Assembly (NCBI GenBank): GCA_965279515.1
Contig: CBDIID010000003.1
Coordinates: 1,856,001 to 1,920,000 of the forward strand
Origin: Turneriella sp.
GTDB taxonomy: Bacteria; Spirochaetota; Leptospiria; Turneriellales; Turneriellaceae
DNA length: 64,000 nucleotides
Direction: 5' to 3'
Both the position numbers and the translations under genes were made by a program. Shown piece by piece: positions 1 to 9,670 of the stretch. Under the pieces are notes generated by a model. That model was not told the DNA's origin and ran no database searches. It saw only the letters and a program-made list of their open reading frames with translations. The stretch's first letter is position 1; each line of letters starts with the position of its first letter.

Positions 1-2
1 AT

Positions 3-401
3 ATCGAACTGACAAGACGTGCCCTGACGAAAAGTAAAATCGTCAATGAGCTCGTCGTCGCTGAAGACGGCATTGAGGCACTGGACTTTCTGTTTGGCAG
101 GGAAAAACACGCGGGCCGCAACACCGCAGACCTGCCCGGCCTGGTATTGCTCGACCTGAAACTGCCACGCCTCGACGGTCTCGATGTCCTCAAAGAGATA
201 AGGGCAAACCCAATGACGCACCGGCTCCCTGTGGTAATCCTGACTACTTCGAAAGAAGACCAGGACGTGGCTATGAGTTATGATCTGGGCGCGAACAGTT
301 ATATCCGTAAGCCTGTGGATTTTGTACAATTTGTCGAGGCTGTCCAGCATCTGGGACTCTACTGGCTTGTGCTGAACGAAATGCCTCCAAAAAATTCATA
401 A
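3..401 (+). CDS. Single-domain response regulator (Rcp1/CheY-like), 5'-truncated by window edge
   Basis: Frame open from base 3 (IELTRRALTKSKIVNELVVAEDGIEALDFLF...); LLDLKLP phospho-Asp, VILTTS, GANSYIRKP. Confidence 0.9.
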   Translation: MELTRRALTKSKIVNELVVAEDGIEALDFLFGREKHAGRNTADLPGLVLLDLKLPRLDGLDVLKEIRANPMTHRLPVVILTTSKEDQDVAMSYDLGANSYIRKPVDFVQFVEAVQHLGLYWLVLNEMPPKNS

Positions 402-403
402 CG

Positions 404-2704
404 ATGTCTACGCCGCTAGCGGTTCTGATCGTTGAAGATGACGAGAGCGATGCCGACCTGGTGTTGCGGCTATTGCGCAAAGCAGATTATGATCTGACCT
501 GGCAGAGGGTCGACACGGCAGACCAAATGCGCTCTGCGCTCGCAGCCCGTGAGTGGGATATAATTATTTCCGATTATAATTTGCCGCAGTTTGATGGCTT
601 TGCCGCACTCGTGCTCTTGCAAGAAACCCAGCGGGATATCCCCTTTATTGTTTTATCGGCGACGATGACAGAACAGACCGCCGTGGATCTCATGAAAGCC
701 GGTGCGCGGGACTATATCGTGAAAGCGCGCAAGACCCGACTGGTGCCGGCGATTGCGCGCGAACTCATCAGCCGTGACATGCGCCGCAATAAGCAGAAGA
801 GCGAGCAGGCGCTGCTCGCCGCAAACCGCGAGCTGACGCTGCTCTACAACAATTTACCCTATGCCATGTTTTCCCTGGATGTGGCTGCGAAGAAAATGCT
901 GCAGGCTTCTGCCGGGCATCAGGCCGTTTTCGGTTACCCGCCTGCCGACTTCTTGAAAAAACCGGGGTTATGGTATGAGCTGATCGTGCGTGAAGACAAA
1001 CCCATTGTCGATGCAGGCAATGCTAAACTTGCAGCGGGAGAAACCGTTCAGCATGAATTCCGCATCGTCAGACCCGACGGTGAGACCCGCTGGATTCAGG
1101 CCCTGATCATGCCGACGCTGGGCGCCGGGGATAAACTCGTGCGCATCGACGGCATCGCGTCTGACATTACGGAGAGCAAAAAGATCACGGAGACTCAGGC
1201 CCAGCTTGCGGCGATCATCGGTTCGTCAAATGACGCCATCATGGGTGTCTCCCTGAACGGCAACATCACCAGCTGGAACAGGGGTGCCGAGCGGGTCTTC
1301 GGCTACAAACCGGAGGAGATTATCGGCCGGTCGATCACCCTACTGGTGCCCGACGACCGAACCAGCGAAGGGCTCGAGATCGTGAAGCGCGTACTGCGCG
1401 GTGAAACGGTTCGTAATTTTGAAACGGTTAGAAAACACAGCAGCGGTAAACTCATCGACATTTCGCTGAGCGTCTCACCCATCATCAACGCGCAGGGAGA
1501 AATTACCGCCCTGGCAGGTATTTCACGCGATATCACCGATCGCGACAAATTGCAGGAACAATTACGGCAGTCGCAGAAGCTAGAAGCGTTTGGCCAGCTC
1601 GCCGGCGGCGTGGCGCACGACTTTAATAATCTGCTGATGGTGATCAACGGCAACCTTGAAATCTTACAAAACGAAATGGCTTCGGGAAATCCCGTTGCCG
1701 GCTTTATCGCCGACATCAGGGATGCCGCGCAAAAGGCCCAAGCGCTTACAAAACAACTGCTGGCTTTCAGCCGGAAGCAGGTTCTAGCACCAAAGGTGCT
1801 CGATCTGAATGAGGTCGTCAGCCGCACCGAAAACATGCTGGCGCGACTGATCGGTGAAGATATCAGGCTCCACAGTATTCTGGACCCTGCGCTGTACCGG
1901 GTCAGAATCGACGCAAGCCAGCTCGACCAGGTACTCATCAATCTCGCTGTCAATGCACGCGACGCGATGCCACGCGGCGGCACCCTCACTTTTGAAACGC
2001 GCAATCTCGAATGGCCCTCCGGAGACCGGGAAACGGAACCCGATCTGGAACCGGGTAGTTATGTCATGCTTTCCGTATCGGATAACGGCATCGGTATGAA
2101 TGCAGCGCTCAGGGCTAAGGTATTTGAACCCTTTTTCACAACGAAGCCGTTGGGCACAGGCACGGGCCTGGGATTGGCAACGGTTTTCGGCATTGTCAAA
2201 CAGAGCGGGGGGCATATCCAGCTTTATAGCGAAGAAGGTGTTGGAACTTCTTTCAAGATCTACTTGCCGGCAGTTTTTGAGAGCGAAAGCCCGCAGGCAA
2301 AATCCGAAAATTCCATGAAAACCCTGGGGGGTACGGAAACAATCCTGCTTGTTGAAGATGAAGCCGCCGTGCGTAAGATTGTCAAAAGAACCCTGGAAAG
2401 CCGGGGTTACCACGTCATCGAAGCCGTTAACGGGGAAGACGCGATCAGGCTCAGTGAAACACACAAGGGAAAAATACACTTACTCGTTACGGATGTTATC
2501 ATGCCTGAAATGGGCGGGCGGCAACTGGCACAAATTCTGCGGGACCGCACCCCCGGCTTTCGCGTACTTTTTATGAGCGGGTATACCGACGACGCCGTAG
2601 TGCGCCACGGCATCATCCATGAGACGGAATCCTTTCTGCAGAAACCATTCTCTTCAGCGGCGCTGATCGGGAAGGTGCGCGCGATGCTCGATGACATGAG
2701 GTAA
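404..2704 (+). CDS. Hybrid sensor histidine kinase REC-PAS-PAS-HisKA-HATPase-REC
   Basis: N-terminal REC (VEDD, ISDYNLP), two PAS/PAC, H-box GGVAHDFNN, NLAVNARDAM, GTGLGLA, C-terminal REC (VTDVIMP, QKPF). Confidence 0.95.
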   Translation: MSTPLAVLIVEDDESDADLVLRLLRKADYDLTWQRVDTADQMRSALAAREWDIIISDYNLPQFDGFAALVLLQETQRDIPFIVLSATMTEQTAVDLMKAGARDYIVKARKTRLVPAIARELISRDMRRNKQKSEQALLAANRELTLLYNNLPYAMFSLDVAAKKMLQASAGHQAVFGYPPADFLKKPGLWYELIVREDKPIVDAGNAKLAAGETVQHEFRIVRPDGETRWIQALIMPTLGAGDKLVRIDGIASDITESKKITETQAQLAAIIGSSNDAIMGVSLNGNITSWNRGAERVFGYKPEEIIGRSITLLVPDDRTSEGLEIVKRVLRGETVRNFETVRKHSSGKLIDISLSVSPIINAQGEITALAGISRDITDRDKLQEQLRQSQKLEAFGQLAGGVAHDFNNLLMVINGNLEILQNEMASGNPVAGFIADIRDAAQKAQALTKQLLAFSRKQVLAPKVLDLNEVVSRTENMLARLIGEDIRLHSILDPALYRVRIDASQLDQVLINLAVNARDAMPRGGTLTFETRNLEWPSGDRETEPDLEPGSYVMLSVSDNGIGMNAALRAKVFEPFFTTKPLGTGTGLGLATVFGIVKQSGGHIQLYSEEGVGTSFKIYLPAVFESESPQAKSENSMKTLGGTETILLVEDEAAVRKIVKRTLESRGYHVIEAVNGEDAIRLSETHKGKIHLLVTDVIMPEMGGRQLAQILRDRTPGFRVLFMSGYTDDAVVRHGIIHETESFLQKPFSSAALIGKVRAMLDDMR

Positions 2705-2861
2705 TGTGGCTACACGCTAGTCGCTTTCCCCTGGGGATATCCGCCCATTTTTGCCATGACGCTGCTTATGGAGCGGGCGCACCAGGCTCAGCAGAGTTTT
2801 TCGAGTGACCTGCAATAGGCATAATGGCTTGACCGCCAACCCCTTCTAAAAACTGACAGCC

Positions 2862-4007
2862 ATGTCAGAAACAATCGGAAAACAAAAACTTTCCTGGCCG
2901 ACCATTGCCTTTCTCACAGGCACGCCGCCCCTTGCCGCTGCGGGAATCTTTTACTGGTTCTATGCGGGCATGTTCAACTGGGCAACCTTCATTCTCTTTC
3001 TGCTGATGTGGACTGCGGTTGGCATTTCCACAACTGCTGGCTACCACCGCCTGTTCACGCACCGCGCCTACGAAGCCTCATGGCCTGTTCGCTTGTTTTT
3101 CCTGCTGTTCGGTGCGGCATCCTGGGAAGCGTCAGCATGGCGCTGGACGATGGACCACCACAAGCACCACCGCTATGTCGACACCGAACGCGATCCTTAC
3201 AACATCCGGCAGGGCTTTTGGTATGCGCACCTGCTCTGGCTGTTTAAAGACCGCGAATACGACCACGCTTCGCCGCTGGGCATCGAGTATGGCAAAGACC
3301 CGCTGATTCGCTTTCAGCATAGATTTTATTACCCGATCGCCATTGGTTTTGCTTTTGTACTGCCGGCGGCGATCGCCGCGATTTGGGGTGATGCCTTCGG
3401 CGGATTTATTCTCGCGGGGCTGGGTGTGGTTGTGATCAACCACCATTTCACATTCTCGATCAACTCATTCTGCCACTGGTTGGGTAAACAACCCTACTCC
3501 GATAAACACTCGGCGCGCGACAGTGTGTTTCTCGCCTTCTTTAACTACGGCGAGGGTTACCACAACTACCACCACGAATTCCCGAACGACTATCGTAACG
3601 GCATCCGCTGGTATCACTGGGACCCGACAAAGTGGCTGATCCGCACTCTGTATGCGCTGAACCTCGTGAAGAACCTGAAATCCGTGTCCGCAGAACTCAT
3701 CGTGAAGCGCAAGATCGCCATGCAGCAAAAACAGGTACAAAATGCTGTCGTGAGCAAGATGCCGTCGTTTGCCGAAATGGCGCAGCAGATGTCTGCACTG
3801 GCTGCCGAACATGCGCTCAGCGCCGCGCGCAAGTGGAGCGAGCTCAGGAAAGAATACGCGCAGTTAAAACAGCAGAAGACCGCCGAGATGCGGGCACAGG
3901 TCGAAGAGGTCAAACGCCGCATGATACTCGCGCGGCGCGAGTTTGAGCTTTTGTTCGAGCGCTACAGAAATCTCAACAAGGGATTTCTGAAAATGGCCGA
4001 GGCATAG
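2862..4007 (+). CDS. Membrane fatty acid (delta-9 acyl-CoA type) desaturase
   Basis: Three His boxes HRLFTH, HHKHH, HNYHH; GEGYHN and DPTKWLI motifs; coiled-coil C-terminus. Confidence 0.93.
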   Translation: MSETIGKQKLSWPTIAFLTGTPPLAAAGIFYWFYAGMFNWATFILFLLMWTAVGISTTAGYHRLFTHRAYEASWPVRLFFLLFGAASWEASAWRWTMDHHKHHRYVDTERDPYNIRQGFWYAHLLWLFKDREYDHASPLGIEYGKDPLIRFQHRFYYPIAIGFAFVLPAAIAAIWGDAFGGFILAGLGVVVINHHFTFSINSFCHWLGKQPYSDKHSARDSVFLAFFNYGEGYHNYHHEFPNDYRNGIRWYHWDPTKWLIRTLYALNLVKNLKSVSAELIVKRKIAMQQKQVQNAVVSKMPSFAEMAQQMSALAAEHALSAARKWSELRKEYAQLKQQKTAEMRAQVEEVKRRMILARREFELLFERYRNLNKGFLKMAEA

Positions 4008-4058
4008 AACATACAAAATACGATTGAAGACCTGAAATCAGACCGAAACCCGGAACAA

Positions 4059-4547
4059 ATGAAAATCCACCCCCCAGGTTTAATGCTTATCTTATTTGCG
4101 ACGGTCTCTGGTGCTTTGTTCTTACATGCGACGCAGGAAACGATTATCGAAAGCGAAGCCCGGCAGTTCGGCGAGCGTGCAATTACGCGCGGATTTCAGT
4201 GCCGCACAGAGGTGCACCGGAAATCAGGCCTTAACTTCGACGTTCCGATTGAAATGGATAAGAACATTCTGTACCACATCGCAATTGTCACAGGTAGGGG
4301 AGAAAATACAATACACCCGGTAAGTGTCGCCCTGATCAATCAGGATAAAAAAACTATTCGGATCGATACACAAAACACGATATTCGGTGCCGAACTAAAA
4401 CTGCATCCGGTGACTACCGGGCGGAAAACGCTGAAGGTTCAGTTTTCAGGCAAGACCGATTATTCGCTGGTTTTATGTGCCAACTACGCCTCGCTCTACC
4501 ATACAGGAGAGAAAGACGCAGCGGCCACAGACCACTCGCATTTTTAG
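4059..4547 (+). CDS. Hypothetical exported protein
   Basis: 162-aa ORF with N-terminal hydrophobic signal; fills the gap between genes. Confidence 0.7.
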   Translation: MKIHPPGLMLILFATVSGALFLHATQETIIESEARQFGERAITRGFQCRTEVHRKSGLNFDVPIEMDKNILYHIAIVTGRGENTIHPVSVALINQDKKTIRIDTQNTIFGAELKLHPVTTGRKTLKVQFSGKTDYSLVLCANYASLYHTGEKDAAATDHSHF

Positions 4548-4548
4548 C

Positions 4549-5457
4549 TCAGGCCGACTTCGCTTCAATATACTTCGCGGCTTCAGCAAAGAACTCTTTC
4601 GCCAAAAGATCATTATCTGAATCGTCCGGATGGAAATCCGGGCGAACATAAGGCAACACACTCTTCAGGGTTTCTGTAACGAGTTTAAAATACGTGGGCA
4701 CCGATTCGGCCATCGCCTGCGGCAGGGAAACCTTGCTCATCTCTTTATCGGCCATGAGGTAGTGCCCCCAACCAAGGCCGATGTAATAGAGTAGATAAAA
4801 CGAACCGAACGTGAAGCCCAGCATGCGTTCGCCATAGCCGCCTTTTGCGACGTCTTTAAAGACATCAAAGGCGACAGACTTATGTTCAATTTCTTCCGCT
4901 GCATGCCATAGGAACATCTGGCGCATATCGTCAGGCATGCCCGCCGAAATATCCGGATTTCTCAGAACGGTTTCGGCAATCGAAGCAGTGTAGTGTTCCA
5001 ATGCGGCGGTGATCGATAGCCCGATGCGCTGCTGCGCCTCTTTGCCGACCACTTTTTCGAGCAGATCAAACCAGACAGACTCGTGGCTTGCCTTACCGTC
5101 GCTGCGGTAGGCATTTTTCTCATACCACTGAGACCAGGCCGAACCCTCAAGGCCCATCTTGTCGAGGCTCGCGAGAAATTTTTCATGCTGCATGCCATGC
5201 TGAATTTCCTGACCGATGAAGGCCTTCACGCGCTCTTTCAGTTCGGGGTTCTGTATCTGCTTGTCGAACCATTTCACACTGCGCACAAAATACCGCTCAC
5301 CCGCAGGAAAAACCGAGTGCAGGGAATTCATAAAATGTGTCATAAACGGGTTGCCGCGAAACCAATGGCGCTCCATGGTCTTTTCATGGCCGAATGCGAT
5401 GCGGCGCACGGTGATGTCGGATTGTTTTTGGGGAGGATTATTTTTTACGAGTTCCAT
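4549..5457 (-). CDS. Predicted metal-dependent hydrolase (ferritin-like diiron family)
   Basis: FPAGERYF, FIGQEIQH, TAALEHYTA, WHAAEEIEHKSVAFD, FHP motifs. Confidence 0.9.
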   Translation of the reverse strand: MELVKNNPPQKQSDITVRRIAFGHEKTMERHWFRGNPFMTHFMNSLHSVFPAGERYFVRSVKWFDKQIQNPELKERVKAFIGQEIQHGMQHEKFLASLDKMGLEGSAWSQWYEKNAYRSDGKASHESVWFDLLEKVVGKEAQQRIGLSITAALEHYTASIAETVLRNPDISAGMPDDMRQMFLWHAAEEIEHKSVAFDVFKDVAKGGYGERMLGFTFGSFYLLYYIGLGWGHYLMADKEMSKVSLPQAMAESVPTYFKLVTETLKSVLPYVRPDFHPDDSDNDLLAKEFFAEAAKYIEAKSA

Positions 5458-5496
5458 ACCTCAAACTGCGCAAAGGTGAACAATCCGTCAATTAAA

Positions 5497-5514
5497 AATG
5501 AACACTTGTTCATT
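5497..5514. promoter_or_regulatory. Palindromic operator AATGAACA-CT-TGTTCATT (TetR/FabR-DesT-like)
   Basis: Perfect 8-bp inverted repeat just upstream of the TTGACG (-35-like, 5491) of the hydrolase gene. Confidence 0.55.
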
Positions 5515-5592
5515 AATGACGTTGCCGTGGGTTGCCGAAAAAGGATCGAAAACCGAAAGCCTCGCCGTTTGCTACTAGCTCTCTGCACTTTT

Positions 5593-6078
5593 TTAGGCAA
5601 CCTTTCCTTGCTCCAGCTCCAAAAGCTTCTTCTTTCTTGGTAATCCCCCGCCATAACCTGTCAGTGTGCCGTTCGCGCCGATGACACGGTGGCAGGGAAC
5701 GATAATCGCAATCGGATTCTTGCCGTTCGCGAGGCCCACCGCGCGCGATGCCTTGGGACTGCCCACGCGGCGCGCCAGTTCGCCATACGAAATCGTTTGC
5801 CCGAACGGAATTTTCGTGAGCTCGCCCCAGACACGCTTTTGAAACTCGGTGCCGCGAAACGCCAGCGGCAAATCGAAATGATCGAGCAGGCCAGCGAAGT
5901 AGGATTTCAACTGTTCTGCAGCCAGCTTCAGCGCCGGCACATCGGCCTTCTGTACCCAGTCGGCGCCGATTTCAGCCGCATACTTTTGTTTATCCATCGA
6001 CACACGAATCAGGTCTTTGCCGTCAGACACAAGCAAGAGCTCGCCTATCGGACTTTCCACTTTTGTATAATAGGTCAT
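5593..6078 (-). CDS. ogt: Methylated-DNA--protein-cysteine methyltransferase
   Basis: ESPIG, GTEFQKRVW, SRAVGLA, active-site PCHRV; ATG at 6078 overlaps the alkA stop (ATGA). Confidence 0.95.
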   Translation of the reverse strand: MTYYTKVESPIGELLLVSDGKDLIRVSMDKQKYAAEIGADWVQKADVPALKLAAEQLKSYFAGLLDHFDLPLAFRGTEFQKRVWGELTKIPFGQTISYGELARRVGSPKASRAVGLANGKNPIAIIVPCHRVIGANGTLTGYGGGLPRKKKLLELEQGKVA

Positions 6079-7505
6079 TTTTCCTCCGAAAAATTTTTCC
6101 ACAGATGTATAACTGCATACGAACGCCATGGCCGCCAGGCCTCTGCCTGCGACAGAACCTTCCGCGGATCCTTTTCCTTCATGGCTTTCATCACAACGAG
6201 ATCCGTATGCGGAAAAGCATCGGGCCAGCTGAAGCAACGCATGGCAATATATTGCGCAGTCCACTCGCCGATGCCCGGTAATGCCGTGAGGGCTTTAATT
6301 TGCGCTGCGACGTCCACCTGCGGTTCGAGGGAGATTTCTCCCCGGACAATGCCCCGCGCCAGGGCCAGAATCGACTCAGCACGTTTGGAAATGATCCCCA
6401 GTTTTGCAATGTCTGCAACCGTTGCCTGAGCCACACGTTCCGCAGTGGGAGTTAAATGGCTGAGGCCTGCCATTTCCGTCGCGAATTTTTCGCCGAACCT
6501 TTCGGAGAAACGGCTCGCGAGGGTGGTGGCGGCTTTCACCGTGATCTGCTGCCCCAGAATCGCGCGCACGGCAATTTCAAAGGCCTCGAAGGCACCCGGT
6601 ACACGCAACCCGGGATTTTTCACCGCGAGAGATCCCAACTGTTTGGCGATCTGCACCGGGTCGGCGGCGAGATCAAAGAGCTTCTTGAGCCGGGACAGTA
6701 CCGGGACAAGCACCGGCAACAAGGCAGGGCTTAAGCGGGCAGTGAGGGTATTCGGTTTAGCGCCTTCACCCACGACAACAATGCCGCGTACTTTGCCGAG
6801 TTGCGCAGTGCGCATATAAAGACCGTCGGCCATTTTTTCGACGCCTGTCACCGCACGCAGGGCAAGAAAGGCCGTCATCGCCTGCCAGTCGAAGGGCGGG
6901 CGGTAACCGAGATCGCAGAGAATAAAATCCCCCCCTTGTTTCTGGCGCCGCGTTTCCCGGAATTTTTTTGGCTGCAGGCGGTAGCGTTCTTTGAACAGAG
7001 TGTTGAAACGCCTGAGGCTTGAAAAACCGCTGGCAAAAGCAATGTCGGTGACCGGCAAATCGGTGTCTGTCAGCAACCGCTTCGTCAGATGCAGGCGCTG
7101 GGTCTGCGCCAGCTCAATCGGCGAGACTCCGAGCTCGCTCTCAAGCACGCGGCGCAGATGGCGGTCTGTGACGCCAAATTCGTCGGCGAGGTCGGCAACC
7201 GAGGCACGGGTTAAGGCACCCTCGTCGATGCGTGCCATGGCAAGGCGGGCCAGGCGGCTCACCGCATCCATCGACGAATTGCCGGGCGCCAGCTCGGGGC
7301 GGCAGCGCAGGCAGGGCCGGTACCCCGCCTCTTCGGCTGCGGCGGCCGTGGGATAAAACGTGCAGTTCTTTTGTAGCGGCGTCTTCACGCGGCAGATTGT
7401 ACGGCAGTAGATTTTCGTGCTGGCAACGGCGATATAGAACATGCCGTCGAAACGTGCATCGCGCGTCAGCACCGCCTGGTAACAACCTTCGTCGTTCAGC
7501 TTCAC
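6075..7505 (-). CDS. alkA: Ada-AlkA fusion: Ada Zn-binding + AraC HTH + DNA-3-methyladenine glycosylase II
   Basis: RDARFDG, YCRTICR, RPCLRCRP, SGFSSLRRFN, AILGQQIT, HhH LPGIGEWTA, WRPWRSYA. Confidence 0.95.
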   Translation of the reverse strand: MKLNDEGCYQAVLTRDARFDGMFYIAVASTKIYCRTICRVKTPLQKNCTFYPTAAAAEEAGYRPCLRCRPELAPGNSSMDAVSRLARLAMARIDEGALTRASVADLADEFGVTDRHLRRVLESELGVSPIELAQTQRLHLTKRLLTDTDLPVTDIAFASGFSSLRRFNTLFKERYRLQPKKFRETRRQKQGGDFILCDLGYRPPFDWQAMTAFLALRAVTGVEKMADGLYMRTAQLGKVRGIVVVGEGAKPNTLTARLSPALLPVLVPVLSRLKKLFDLAADPVQIAKQLGSLAVKNPGLRVPGAFEAFEIAVRAILGQQITVKAATTLASRFSERFGEKFATEMAGLSHLTPTAERVAQATVADIAKLGIISKRAESILALARGIVRGEISLEPQVDVAAQIKALTALPGIGEWTAQYIAMRCFSWPDAFPHTDLVVMKAMKEKDPRKVLSQAEAWRPWRSYAVIHLWKNFSEEK

Positions 7506-7601
7506 GCAAACAATATGATAAAACTCACCGCCACCGACTCGCCATTTTCGGACCTGATAATTTCCCGCTCGACGCCCGGCCGATCGGCAGAGGCATACCC
7601 T

Positions 7602-7898
7602 ATGCGATCAATCCTGTTCTTCTTTGCCATCGGGCTCGTTGCCGGTTTACCGGCGGCAGACACGGCAGCCGATGAGGTCCGCTCTGTCGAAACCCAGTCG
7701 GCCGAATCGAAATATTGCAAGTCCAATGAAGTGCCCTACTTCGAGGCCGGCTGCACGGGTAAGGGTACGGTGCGCTGCTGGCCGCAGAATCTCCGCCCGA
7801 CGCCCATGGAAGCCTGCCTGTGCAACGGCAAACAGGGCAATGCGCCGCTGCCCGGCGGTGGCCTGCGCTGGCGCCACGCGGGTAAATGTAAGAATTGA
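7602..7898 (+). CDS. Small secreted cysteine-rich protein (Kazal-like C-terminus)
   Basis: Signal peptide MRSILFFFAIGLVAGLPA; six Cys; ends ACLCNGK...RHAGKC. Confidence 0.65.
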   Translation: MRSILFFFAIGLVAGLPAADTAADEVRSVETQSAESKYCKSNEVPYFEAGCTGKGTVRCWPQNLRPTPMEACLCNGKQGNAPLPGGGLRWRHAGKCKN

Positions 7899-7982
7899 CT
7901 TTTCGACCGCCTGAAAAGGTCAAAATCGGAGTCTCATTTTTAATTTGACGCGGCTGCCGAACACGCCGACAAACACCGGCCG

Positions 7983-8570
7983 ATGAATATTTCCTGGCTC
8001 GGACTTTTCGCCGCCGTGGCAAGCGCCGCCACGAAAGCCGCTGATTTTATGTCGCGGCTGATGCCTTACCGCGAGCGGCTCTTTCGCCTCGCGCTGGGGC
8101 AACTGCAGAATACCAGCGACGCCGAAGACGCCGTGCAAGAGGCGCTGATCAAGGCAGGCCGCAACGCCCAGACCTTCCGCAGCGAATCGAGCGAATATAC
8201 CTGGGTCGTTCGTATTCTCATCAACCACTGCCACGATGTGCAGCGCAAGGTCTCGCGCCGGCAAAAGCGCGAAGTCGCTGGGGATGTCACCAGTGAAAAA
8301 GGCACGCAGATTGCCGATACCCGGGCCTCGGCCGAACAAAATATCGAACTTTCGGACATATCACGGCATCTAATGGATGCAGTGAACGAATTGGGCCAGA
8401 ATTATAAACCACTGATACTCATGCGCTACTTTGAAGAGATGAGTTATGAAGATATTGCCCAAAGCCTCGAGATCAACCTCGGGACGGTGAAGTCGCGCAT
8501 GAATCAGGCCAAAACCCTGCTCAAAGAGAAGCTGACCGAGCGCGGCATCGGGGGGGATTACTTTGGCTAG
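7983..8570 (+). CDS. ECF RNA polymerase sigma factor
   Basis: DAEDAVQE, TWVVRILINHC, MSYEDIA, GTVKSRM. Confidence 0.93.
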   Translation: MNISWLGLFAAVASAATKAADFMSRLMPYRERLFRLALGQLQNTSDAEDAVQEALIKAGRNAQTFRSESSEYTWVVRILINHCHDVQRKVSRRQKREVAGDVTSEKGTQIADTRASAEQNIELSDISRHLMDAVNELGQNYKPLILMRYFEEMSYEDIAQSLEINLGTVKSRMNQAKTLLKEKLTERGIGGDYFG

Positions 8571-9600
8571 AAAAAATCCCCCCGCCGAAGACCCACGCTT
8601 CGAAGCGTTTCTGCAGAAACAATTCGCTGAGTTAAAGCGCGAGCTCGCAAAATATCCGGCTCCGGGCGCCGCGAAGCAGGGTAAGATTCTGCAACTTGCG
8701 CAGGCGCCCCAGGCGCGCGCGGGCAGAGGCTCATGGAGATACGGTATCGCCGCCGCCGTGCTCGTTGCCGTCGCCGTGCCGATGGTAATACAACTCAACC
8801 AGCAAAAAGCCGAACTGGCGTCAAAAATGGAAGCACCGGCGCCGGTACCAGAAGCGGAGCGTACTCTACCGAAATTGGCAGAAAAACAAACCGCGCGCAA
8901 AGCAGAGCTCGACAGCCTCGACGCCAGGAAAAGTGCCGCCGATCTGGATGAAGCAGAGGAAAAATCACAGGGTTATCTGAAGAATTCACCGGCAAAAGCT
9001 AAAAAGAAAGGTGGTCCCGGCCGCATCGACGATGTCACGGCCGGCGAACGCCCCGCGGCGACGCTCAAAGCCAGCCGTGAAGAAGCCGCGCCGAAAGATG
9101 CCATGGCAACCGGCAAGGCCGAAGAAGGCCGGGTAACCAACGCTGTGCGTGAAAACGAATCCGATAGATTTTTCGCAAAAAAGGAAGCGGTAAAACCGAC
9201 ATTGGCACAGGATAGCCGGTCCCATAGAGGCGATGAGTCACCATCCGCTGTCGCACCCGCAGCACCGCGAGCTGCGGCACCCGCGCCACAACCAGCCATA
9301 ACGCGCAGCGCCGCACCGGCTACGGAAATTTCCGGCGGTGACCAAGGGGCCGCGATGGCCGACAAGCCGGCACCAGCAGAATTAAATGCCCGCTCTATAG
9401 CCGTCGACGATGCGAAGACCAGGCTCAAGAAGCTCGATGCCAGCAACGAAGAAAAGGCCGAGATGGAAAAGCTCTGGAAAGAATTCGAGAAAGACCCGAA
9501 ATCCTTCAACCAGGATAAAAAGCGCAGCGCACGCCTGCGCACCCTGCTCTCGCGGCACAACGAAAAATCCCGCGCAAAGCGGATGAAAGCGGTTCAATAA
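8563..9600 (+). CDS. Putative anti-sigma factor (single TM, low-complexity extracytoplasmic region)
   Basis: Overlaps the sigma stop; one TM (YGIAAAVLVAVAVPMVI) after a short N-terminal domain. Confidence 0.65.
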   Translation: MARKNPPAEDPRFEAFLQKQFAELKRELAKYPAPGAAKQGKILQLAQAPQARAGRGSWRYGIAAAVLVAVAVPMVIQLNQQKAELASKMEAPAPVPEAERTLPKLAEKQTARKAELDSLDARKSAADLDEAEEKSQGYLKNSPAKAKKKGGPGRIDDVTAGERPAATLKASREEAAPKDAMATGKAEEGRVTNAVRENESDRFFAKKEAVKPTLAQDSRSHRGDESPSAVAPAAPRAAAPAPQPAITRSAAPATEISGGDQGAAMADKPAPAELNARSIAVDDAKTRLKKLDASNEEKAEMEKLWKEFEKDPKSFNQDKKRSARLRTLLSRHNEKSRAKRMKAVQ

Positions 9601-9603
9601 AAT

Positions 9604-9629
9604 AAAAAACCGGCTCGAGGCCGGTCTTT
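9604..9629. terminator. Probable bidirectional intrinsic terminator
   Basis: AAAAA-ACCGGC-tcgag-GCCGGT-CTTT between convergent genes. Confidence 0.6.
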
Positions 9630-9636
9630 ACGAAAC

Positions 9637-9666
9637 GGGGGTCTTAGGGGGCTAAGCCCCCTAAGA
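9637..9666. repeat. REP-like hairpin GGGGG-TCTTAGGGGGC-taa-GCCCCCTAAGA
   Basis: Perfect 11-bp stem without its own U-tract. Confidence 0.5.
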
Positions 9667-9670
9667 TACG

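Noticed and set aside
8900..9400. Ala/Pro-rich stretch in the anti-sigma gene (and the mreC tail) as tandem repeats
   Set aside because: Low-complexity protein linkers without a regular DNA repeat unit.
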